NCBI GenBank assembly: GCA_951406725.2 | Contig: OX597818.1 | Location: 71,920,001-71,984,000, forward strand | Direction of reading: 5' to 3' | Origin: Octopus vulgaris | Taxonomy: Eukaryota | DNA length: 64,000 bases | Shown here: positions 53,165 through 64,000 of the stretch, one piece after another | How positions within the stretch are numbered: the stretch's first letter is position 1 | Layout of the letters: each line of letters starts with the position of its first letter | Translations under genes and position numbers: made by a program | The notes under the pieces: generated by a model | What the model saw: the letters and a program-made list of their open reading frames with translations, nothing else | Database searches by the model: none | Told to the model about the DNA's origin: nothing

Positions 53165-54060
53165 CTTCTAGATTTTACTTAGATAGGATAATAGTTAGAC
53201 GTAAAGATAAGAATGTAGCTAGTTGTCCACATCATTATGTCAGCTACAGCGATCACAATCTTGTGTCCTGTACGCTTGACTTAGATAGGATATGTAGACA
53301 GAGATTCGGCTACTAGAAACTCAGCAGGTCTCTTTTGACCTGTGAGGTGTACAGGAACCGGATTAGTTAGTTAATTAAGAAGTCTGAGTCGATTAGGTTT
53401 AGTAAAGAATTAGCAACTAAGATGAATAAAGTAGAAAGGGGCTTAGTTAAGGCTCTATAAAAGGCATTGAGGACTGGCAGTGCATCCTGAGTTTTAGTCG
53501 CGAAATTAGCGCTCAACCAACACCTTGAGGCTAAACACGAATGGGGCACTATCAGGGCCAAGCTTCGTGCAATGGGACGAGAAGAGATCAACGCTGCGAA
53601 ATGGGCCCGTGTGGTAGAGGCTCAGCACGGCAATGATTCCACAATAAACTCTATGAAGAACCAACACAGGCAGTTGGTAAACAGACCCGAAGCGATGTGC
53701 ATTTCACCCAGATTTTCGGAATGAGTGATGAACCGGAGCGCAGTATAGACCTTACGGACTTCCTCATCGGTTTGTCGCGACTCTCGAGGCGGGAAGTGGA
53801 ATGCTGTAAAAAGCTGATCACAGCAGCGGAAGTAGAGGATGCCTTCTCGGACTGTCGTGGGGACAGGTCACCGGGACTGCATGGTCTTTCCTATGAATTA
53901 TATTATAGCAGGACAGTATTGTTTGGGCATTTGCTGGCTTGCGTCTTCACCAACTGGCACCCGTGCTCCTCTGCCGCACGGGTAATGCTGGTACCGTGGG
54001 TTCGACCTCGTCATTCTATAGAGGGTTGGTAGAGGCCAAGTGTGATGACGCCTTGAGAGA
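53165..54060 (+). mobile_element. Decayed L1/Tx1-clade fragment, diverged relative of the 37371-39886 element
   Basis: YLDRI..SDHNLVSCTLDL, LALNQHLEAKHE, ITAAEVEDA..SPGLHGLSYELY parallel 38190-39030. Confidence 0.8.
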
Positions 54061-54271
54061 TTTTTTTCTTTTTTTCTTTTTTCTTTTCTTTTTTACTCTC
54101 TTCCTGTTTTTGATTTGACCTTACAAACACATTCCCAACTTTTAAGTCACTTCAAAAAATCCCCCGATTCAGTAACACCGTTTACAAACTCTAAGCTAGG
54201 AATGACCAATTTAAAATACTATTGAAACTCAGTCACAAAGTACAGGAATCTTATATGTATACCATTCTGCT

Positions 54272-54490
54272 TAAATAATGGAACTACAGATACAATATCC
54301 CTGCATATCTCACGTCTATTTTCACTCTCTATTTCATATCTTATCTAGAATAACTATTGCTTAACCATTTTCTCACACCGTCTCCAATGAAGGGATATAT
54401 AAAATATCCCAGAAATAGCTGTAAGACCTATTTATAAATGTTCTGAAATCTTTCACAGCTTTGGATTTTTATCTCATTCTGTTAATTTAT
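54272..54490 (+). mobile_element. Solo PLE pLTR-like segment homologous to 6945-7210, with degenerate hammerhead
   Basis: AATAATGGAACT.CA start; gtct-CCAATGA-agggatat..atatccca-GAAA-tagctg-TA-agac at ~54380-54428. Confidence 0.65.
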
Positions 54491-55738
54491 ATGTATATAT
54501 ATATGTATATATATGTATGTGTGTGTATATATATATATATATATATGCACGCTATATTACGTCACAAATGAGCTGCATGATTCAAGGTATTCTAACGGCA
54601 TTATCTTATACATTTATACCCTCGGAAATCCAGAGAAGCAAGGGTAATTATTTGTTTGATATTGTCTACCGAGGGCTCCTATTTTTATTACTTAATAGAG
54701 TCTAAAGATAAAACACGCTCTTATTTTATTTGAGTACTTTTATGTGTGATTATTGTTTATTTCCTGCTTGAAATGTCTCAAACATACTTCTCAAACAGTT
54801 TTACTTATATTTGAGTTTTTCCGTGGTATGAAATGATGGGATATACCAGCAGATGGTCTTTACATCATTTTGCATATAGTCGTAAATAGAAATTTAGCTT
54901 CTATCGGCCTTGTTTCAGTGACAAGTCGCAAAAGTGACGAAACATCGATGTCTATCGCCCTTCAATGGGATCCGATGCGAGTTATCTTACTTGTCTTTGA
55001 CATCCAGGGGTTTTAATGCTAGATGCCCTGATGGGAATATATTCTTACGCCTACAAGCACCGCCTGCCAACGAACCAGCAAAACACATGCCTTTTGTGTG
55101 TGTGTTCGATATTATATATATATATAGAGAGAGAGACACACAAAATCGAATTAGTAAATGGACTAACTTTAACAATGTTTATATCGACATCATAAGAATT
55201 CAGAACCTTCAAGGGAACATGAAATAATTCTTCCTTTTTGTTGGAACGGGGGAAATTGAAGCACATAAAGTTATAAATAACTGCGTGTAAAATATTCTGT
55301 TACTACAGACATAGGATAAAAATGAAAGCAATTATCATATGAAATTTAAAGATATTGAATTTTCCAAATAGCTTGTACGTAAGAGTGACCGTGTATGAGA
55401 GAGAGAGGAGAGAGAGAAGGAAGGAGATAGATAGACAGATAGATAGAGATAGAAAGTGGGGGAGGGAGAGTGAGTTTATGTGTATATCTGTGTGTGTATG
55501 TGTGTATGTGTGTGTGCTGTGTCTAAAATAATTATATGCATGTATGTAGGTAGACACCGTGATCTATAATAAGTCTATATTTTAAAAATTCTTCTCGTTT
55601 AGGTTTTGAAATAGATTATAAATGCAATCAGAAATATTTGGTATGTAAATGAGATTTATAACCATTCATGTAATAATTCAAATAGTCTAAACCAATTACG
55701 CTAAAATAAATTCATTTCATTTCATTAAAATTTATATT

Positions 55739-56158
55739 AGGCGCAGGAGTGGCTGTGTGGTAAGTAGCTTGCTAATCAACCACATGGTTCCGGGTTCAGT
55801 CCCACTGCGTGGCATCTTGGGCAAGTGTCTTCTGCTATAGCCCCGGGCCGACCAATGCCTTGTGAGTGGATTTGGTAGACGGAAACTGAAAGAAGCCTGT
55901 CGTATATATGTATATATATATATGTATGTGTGTGTGTGTGTTTGTGTGTCTGTGTTTGTCCCCCTAGCATTGCTTGACAACCGATGCTGGTGTGTTTACG
56001 TCCCCGTTACTTAGCGGTTCGGCAAAAGAGACCGATAGAATAAGTACTGGGCTTACAAAGAATAAGTCCCGGGGTCAATTTGCTCGACTAAAGGCGGTGC
56101 TCCAGCATGGCCGCAGTCAAATGACTGAAACAAGTAAAAGAGTAAAAGAGTAAAAGAG
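55739..56158 (+). mobile_element. tRNA-derived SINE family A, young full-length copy
   Basis: A box TGGCTGTGTGG, B box GGTTCAGTCCC, CORE-like CTTGGGCAAGTG, internal TA/TG spacer, (GTAAAAGA)3 tail. Confidence 0.93.
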
Positions 56159-56207
56159 AGTATTACTTATTTTACTGGGAATTAACGACTTTGTGTGACA
56201 TATCTTT

Positions 56208-56398
56208 TTGTTTTTACATGTTTCAGTCATTTGTCTGTGGTCATGCTGGGGCATTGTTTTGAAAAGGTTAGCTGAACAAAACGATCCTAGTAGCGATCCG
56301 AGACGCTAAGTTGCAGAGACATAAACAAAGTAACTTCGATTGTCAAGCGGTGGTGAGGAACAATCACAGACACAATGACACACACGCACGTACACACG

Positions 56399-56483
<85 letters not shown>

Positions 56484-56585
56484 GACGATCGACTCTCAGT
56501 TTATGTCTACTAAGGTATCACGCAGCAAGTCTGCACCCGGAACCATGTGGCTGGAAAGCAAACATTTCATCACACCGCCACACTC
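56208..56585 (-). mobile_element. SINE family A (old), tail-to-tail with the previous copy
   Basis: TGTTTCAGTCATTTG..GGTCATGCTGG ... CCCGGAACCATGTGG. Confidence 0.7.
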
Positions 56586-56662
56586 GAGGTAAAATTTGAC
56601 AGCGATATTTAGCGACCACATAGATGCCTACAAAACCAGTATCCATGCTGCTGTGAAGTCTC

Positions 56663-56862
56663 GGGCGGCGAGTTGGTAGAATCGTTCGCACGCCGGGTCA
56701 AATGCTGTCCAACATTTATTCCGACGTACCATTCCGAGTTTAAATGCTGCCGCCGTCGACTTTGCCTTTCGTCTTTTCGGGTCGTTAAAATAAGTACTGG
56801 GGTCGATGTAATCGACTTATTCCTCACTAGAAATTGTTGGCCTTGTGCCAAAATTTGAAATC
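56663..56862 (+). mobile_element. SINE family B
   Basis: GGCGGCGAGTTGGTAGAATCGTT...GTCGACTTTGCCTTTC...GGCCTTGTGCCAAAATTTGAAA. Confidence 0.8.
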
Positions 56863-57422
56863 AATATTACTGTAAAGTCTCCTAGTTATTTTATAAGCAG
56901 TGGAAAGAAGTAAATATACATACACACACACACACACACAACCGCACAAACGCACGCTCAAACACGACAACACGCACAGAGGCATGCAGACACACACGCA
57001 GCCGTACAGACACACACAGATAAGCGCGTACACATACACACATACTCACAAATACACACGTGGGCACGTACATACACACATATTCATGCATATAGATGCT
57101 TACAATCTTGGTCAATAAATACAAATGTTTAATAACTGAACATTACATCATTTTCGACTCGTATGTTGGAGCTAATTTCACACACGGCAGGCACTATTCA
57201 AAACTAAACACGCAATATTTGTAAGGTGTTAATTAGAGAGTATAAGCATTGAATTAATGAGGAACATTGAAGTCTAAATGTGTGAGATCACGTGTGTTAT
57301 ATGAACATAGTGGCCAGCTGAAAAGGAACACTTACATACATGCAGACGTACAAGCGCACAGACATATGTGTACATATAAACATTCATTCATATATGAAGG
57401 TACATATGTACACATAAATGTA

Positions 57423-57532
<110 letters not shown>

Positions 57533-57559
57533 GTGTGTATTATATATATATATATATAT

Positions 57560-58360
57560 AGCTAAATCAAAAGTAAAATATAAAAAGAACAGGAAAACAA
57601 CTAAAGTCAAAAGGACATACACAGGGAATGTATTAGACTGACGCTCAGAGAAAGTTTAAAATAGAGAAAAAAAACGGGATATGACGTTTCCAGCCCGGTG
57701 CTTCGTCAGGAAGAGGAAAGAGAAAAACGTTAAGAGAGATGGAAAAAGGATAGTCCAAGAAAAGCGCGTGTGTCATTACATTGTTAACTAACCGGAAGTG
57801 GAGAGAGATAATAAGTGGTTTTTGCAGGTAGGAAAGTACAAAAATGGTCACTCTGTGTGTGTGTGTATGTGTGTGTGTGCATGTGTGTTTATATGGGTGA
57901 TTTGTGTATGAATGAGTGAAGCGAACGGGCTAATAGCAATAGTGAGATTTAGTGACGGATGGCCGTGTGTCTGAGAGGTGAAGTAATGTGTGTGAGGCGT
58001 AGGTATTGCTGTGTTTGTATGAGTGCATTTGTAGCGGTGTGTGTGCATATGTATGTGTATATATATGTTTGTGTGTGTATTCGTAGATGCGTGAGTGTGT
58101 CTCGGCGTGGGTGGACAGTTTTGCGTATATGTTTGGATATGGAAACGTGCGTATTTGTGTGTGCCATAAATATGTTTGTAGTGTGTAACGGTGTAAGTTA
58201 TGTATATGAATGTGTGGAAGTGTGTAGAAGATAAATTAACAATGAAAAATAAAAAAACAAAACATTTTAAAAACTTAAACAATTTAAAAAATTAATCAAA
58301 AAATTAATTTTAAAAATTAAAAATTAAATTAAATTGAAAAATAATAAAAAGGAAAATGAA
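57560..58360 (-). mobile_element. Probable PLE 3' UTR/pLTR remnant
   Basis: Minus strand is CA-rich like 27350-28450 and is followed by CTGACGA-agc accgg gct-gGAAACGTC (partial HHR, ~57682-57712). Confidence 0.45.
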
Positions 58361-59704
58361 GAACTAGAATATTTTCGGTTCTGAAAGGATCCCTCAGCTT
58401 GTCCTGGAGCTACTTTGTCTTCATCAAACGATTCTCCTTGACCATGGCTACCAGCATTTGTCCCTTTGCCTCGTGTACGAGTAGTTGCAAAGGTCCTCAT
58501 ACAGGGTCAGTTTAATGACGGTGACTTCAACATCTATCTCTCCTACTAAAGCCCGTATTCTCTTGTTCGGATCTTACACCACCTCCTGCCTTTTGGTGGA
58601 GGAATTTCGGTGTGCAGACGCAGATAGAACGCTTGCTGTGTCACTTTCTGCTGACCACGGCTTCATAGTCTCCAGTGTAGCTATCCATGTCACATCTTAC
58701 AGAATTTACTGGGTTCACAGAGCATTGAGAAGCAATCACGTGGGCATTTTGATATCCGGTGCGAATCATTAGGATAGAGCTAACTCTTTTACAATATTCA
58801 GATGACTTCCAATCTTAAAAAAGATAACATCAAATATAAGTTCGAGTCAGGCAAGGTGTCAGACAAGCAGATATTATCTCTCCAGAGTTATTCACCGCAT
58901 GTGTACAAATGGTCATTAGAAACATTGACTGAACGGAATGTCAACGACGAGTTACTAACACACCCATGTTTCGCAGGTCGGCTGCAGGCCATGCTGATAA
59001 GAGGTAGACACGCGAAGCTGAGCAATAGATTTTAAAATGAATCTCATGAAAAAATACATTCGTACCGAAAACAGCATAAGGCCGAATAGAAGCGAAAAGT
59101 TATGAAACAGAGAAATTAGAGGAATATCTACTTAGTTCACACAGTGAATATGTGCCGAGATGGGAAATGTTTACCTAAATAAAGTTTGTGCTTCTGCACA
59201 ACCTATATTTAAGTAAACATCTGGACAAGACCACACGTTCCAGACCCTTAAATGCTACCGTCCTTACTGCACCCTTCTACAAATGAGGTGTGGGCTACTA
59301 TGAAGAACGAATAGCATCGATTGGCGACGACGCAAAAGGCTATGGAAATATCTATGCTTGGAATAACATTGCGAGAGCATATTCGAAAGTAGATACTCCA
59401 AGAATGGAGCTAAGTGAATGACATGATTGGAGAATACAGCAAGCATAAGTTCTTCCTTGCCGGACATATATCAAAGTAAACAGACAACAGGTCGATCCGG
59501 GAAGTTGCCGAGTGATGTATCAGAGATCGGAAAAGGCCACTCGGAAGTCCGCTACGTCAACGGAAGATGATTTAGTTAAACAATTTGAGCAAAGATGGAA
59601 AAGAATGGTGCAATAAAGAATCGGAAGTGCATTGCGACTATCCGATAGTCCGTCGATATGTGTGTGTGTGCGTGCGCGTACACGCACACACATATACACA
59701 CACA

Positions 59705-59866
59705 ATGGGCTTCTTTCAGTTTCCGTCTACCAAATCCACTCGCAAGGCTTTGGTCGGTCGAAGGCTATAGTAGAAGACACTTGTCCAAAATGCCACATAG
59801 TGAGACTGAACCCGGAACCATGTGATTCGGAAGTAAGCTTCATACTGCACAGCCATGCCTACGCCT
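59705..59866 (-). mobile_element. SINE family A 5' half
   Basis: CTTCTTTCAGTTTCCGTCTACCAAATCCACTC...CCCGGAACCATGTG. Confidence 0.85.
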
Positions 59867-60254
59867 GACTTTCAGGTGTTTTCTTTTTACACCGGGCGCA
59901 CAGAGAATATATTTATCTTACGTCTAAAAACCGAAGCTGACCCACGAACAGCACATACTTTGTGTATGTGTATTTGATTTTGTTCGTATATATAGATATA
60001 TGTGTGTGTATACACACATACATATATGTAATAATTTATATTATTTATGTAGTACACTCACATATATAAATCAATGTGGTTGAACAAACTGCAAAAATAG
60101 AACCGAGTAAATGAGTTTATGTATTCATTTACTTTTAATCGAATGAAAGTTACAAAGTTACTCGAGAGCTGAGAGTTTCGCAGATGTCACGTATCAAACT
60201 TGAGTAAATTTTGTAACTTTCTGCAGGTTCATTTACTTTCATTTATTTATTGTA

Positions 60255-60488
60255 CTTTTTCTAGTCATCTGACTACGGCTATGCTGGAGTACCGCCTTTG
60301 GTCGAACAAATCAACCCCAGGACTTATTCTATCGGTTTCTTTTGCTGAGCTGCTAAGTTACGGGGACGGAAACACACGAACATCAGTTTTCAAGTGAAGG
60401 TGGGGGTACAAGCACAGACACGTGCAAATATACACATACATACACACATACATACATACATACATACATACATACATACATACATACA

Positions 60489-60520
<32 letters not shown>

Positions 60521-60523
60521 CAT

Positions 60524-60566
<43 letters not shown>

Positions 60567-60583
60567 CATATATACACATATAC

Positions 60584-60644
<61 letters not shown>

Positions 60645-60765
60645 TGTATGTATGTATGTATGTATATATATATATATGTATACGACGGGGTTCTTTCAGT
60701 TTCCGTCTACCAAATCCACTCACAACCATGTGGTTTGGAAGCAAGCTTCTTACCACACAACCACA
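60255..60765 (-). mobile_element. SINE family A, internally deleted, expanded microsatellite spacer
   Basis: Family A tail and head motifs on either side of (CATA)n/(TATG)n. Confidence 0.75.
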
Positions 60766-61850
60766 CTGATAATAAATAAAATATATCAACAGACACACAC
60801 AAACAGTTCACTGATGAGAATCATATCCTAGGTATAGAATTCGCTTAGTTGTGGTCAAGAGGTTTAAACTTGGGCGGGTATAGAAGTAAATATAAAGTAT
60901 ATTAAATACATGAAATACAAAAAATGCATATATAGATTTTATATACATATATTCATTTTTTGTATTTCATGTATTTAATATAATCTGTATATTGATCTTC
61001 CTAACCTACATTTATACATACATACATACATACATACATACATACATACATACATACATACATACATACTACATACAGACATACATACATACACACACAC
61101 ACACATATATGTATATATGTACATATAATAATAATTATATATAGAAGTATATACATACATGAGTGTGTGTATGCGTAAGCATATATATATGGAAATCACG
61201 GATGTGAAGTAGAGGAATGTTACGGAAAATCCTCCTTGCTCCTGTGATTAAAGACAACGGCGGTTATCAGAAGCATACTTTCGCATACAATTTCCGCCTA
61301 TTCTCAGTTCAACTGTTAAGTAATATCCTTGACCTTATGACTAAACTTACGCTGCGCAATCACTAGCCTACAACGACGCCTACAGCAATGTACTTTTCTG
61401 ACTAACTATCAAGTGACATAAATACTCACACACACAAACACGCAAAGACACATAACACGCCCGCAAGACACACACTACACATTCACACAAACATGTTTAA
61501 TACATATACATGCAGATACATATACGAACGTGTATACTCGTCCATTTAATCCGACCTTCTTTTTAACATCGCCACCTTGTGCTGATTGCCTAGAGCGGCG
61601 TCCTCTCTGTTGCAATCATTAAAGCTTTGTCTCTGGTTCGAAAACAACCTGCATCTTGACCCCCCATCCCACCTTCAGGGCCTTGAAAAGGGTCAAGGGC
61701 AATGCTCTTTCACAGTTGACTAAAAACACAGGAGCACCGAAGAAGGTAGGGCCAGACGCCCTCAAACATACGCACGTACACGCACACACGCACATAGGGA
61801 CATATTCACACAGACTCACACACACACATATGAATACGCTAATCCTCGTT

Positions 61851-61885
<35 letters not shown>

Positions 61886-61905
61886 CCATATGTGTACATA
61901 TATCT

Positions 61906-62355
61906 CATCTTTTACCTGTCTCAGTCATTAGACTGCAGCCATGCTGGAGCACCGCTACTGAGGAATTCTAGTCGAACTAATCGACTCCACTACTTATATA
62001 TTTTGTAAAGCTAGGTACGTATTTTGTCAGTCTCTTTTATTGAATCGCTAGGTTACGGGGACGTAAATACACCAACACCGACCGTCAAGGGGAAAACTGA
62101 GACACAACGACATACACGTAAATACATGCAAAATTATATATACATACGTATACATAAACATATACATACGTATACACACACACACACACATGTATATAGG
62201 CGCTAGGGTGGTTGTGTGGTAAGGAGCTTCCTTCCCAACCACATAGTTTAGGTTTCAGTCCCACTGCTTGGCACATTGTCTTCTACTGTAGCTTCGGGCC
62301 TACTAAAGCCTTGTGAGAGGATTTGGTAGATGGGAACTGAAAGAAGCCCGTCGTC
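61906..62355. mobile_element. SINE family A 3' half (minus, ~61906-62100) and 5' half (plus, ~62198-62355)
   Basis: Motifs match 55739-56158. Confidence 0.8.
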
Positions 62356-62411
62356 GTATATATATATATATATATATGTATGTATATATTCATATATACA
62401 CACATACATAC

Positions 62412-62825
62412 TCTTTTACTCTTTACTCTTTTACTTGTTTCAGTCATTTGACTGCGGCCATGCTGGAGCACCGCCTTTAATCGAGCAAATCGCCCCCGGG
62501 ACTTATTCTTTGTAAGCCCAGTACTTATTCTACAGGTCTCTTTTGCCGACCGCTAAGTGACGGGGAGGTAAACACACCAGCATCGGTTGTCAAGCAATGC
62601 TAGGGGGACAAACACAGACACACAAACATATACACACACACTTATATATATATACATATATACGACAGGCTTCTTTCAGTTTCCGTCTACCAAATCCACT
62701 CACAAGGCATTGGTCAGCCCGGGGCTATAGCAGAAGACATTTGCCCAAGATGTCACGCAGTGGGACTGAACCCGGAACCATGTGGTTGGTTAGCAAGCTA
62801 CTTACCACACAGCCACTCCTGCGCC
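62412..62825 (-). mobile_element. SINE family A, young full-length copy
   Basis: Nearly the exact reverse complement of 55739-56158. Confidence 0.93.
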
Positions 62826-62832
62826 TATGTAC

Positions 62833-63601
<769 letters not shown>

Positions 63602-63602
<1 letters not shown>

Positions 63603-63847
63603 GGAGGTGCAATGGCCCAGTGGTTAGGGCAGCGGACTCGCGGTTGTAGGATCGCGGTTTCGATTCCCAGACCGGGCGTTGTGAGTGTTTATTGAGCGAA
63701 AAAACCTAAAGCCCCACGAGGCTCACTCTTTCTTCTGTTGGCCTGCTAGCTTAGCCAGCGGGGTGGCGTCATTTGAAGGCTAAAACAATGCGAAACGCAT
63801 TGTGACCAGCGATGTGTAGCAACATCTGATAGCCTGGTCGGTCACGG

Positions 63848-63850
<3 letters not shown>
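63602..63850 (+). mobile_element. tRNA-derived SINE family D
   Basis: TGGCCCAGTGGTTAGG (A box), GGTTTCGATTCCC (B box); 3' part shared with 28902-29013. Confidence 0.85.
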
Positions 63851-63891
<41 letters not shown>

Positions 63892-64000
63892 CTCAACTTG
63901 TGTGTCTATGTGTGTATCTGTGTGTGTGTCTGTGCGTTTAACTTCCCGGCACATCTCCTCCTAGCCAACAAATTGTAGAACCACCAAAAATGGGACGCTT

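Noticed and set aside
58370-59660. Unique-looking sequence with short ORFs
   Set aside because: No recognisable domain or exon structure; a BLASTx search is needed to classify it.
63602-63675. tRNA gene (also 44010-44089 and 55739-55812)
   Set aside because: A/B boxes are present but there is no clean cloverleaf, and each continues into a SINE body.

Overview
AT-rich, microsatellite-saturated animal DNA. The SINE families and repeat landscape suggest an octopod cephalopod (inference). I found no host protein-coding exon, rRNA, true tRNA or CRISPR array; nearly all listed ORFs are microsatellite translations or decayed transposon frames. The window holds two RTE-clade LINEs, R4/Dong-clade fragments in (TAA)n, a circularly permuted L1/Tx1-clade LINE in (TATC)n, a Penelope-like element (PLE) plus PLE remnants, two Tc1 transposons, Helitron-type non-autonomous elements and about 20 tRNA-derived SINE copies from four families. 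The most interesting signal is invisible in the ORF track: nine minimal type-I hammerhead ribozyme (HHR) motifs that are intact or nearly so, plus several eroded ones. Many sit in small non-coding elements between (TA)n tracts. These elements are either fold-backs with one HHR per arm or partial tandem repeats (355-nt and 600-nt monomers), resembling retrozymes or non-autonomous PLEs. In one element the inverted arm begins exactly at the predicted self-cleavage site. All calls are by eye, and boundaries of decayed elements are approximate.
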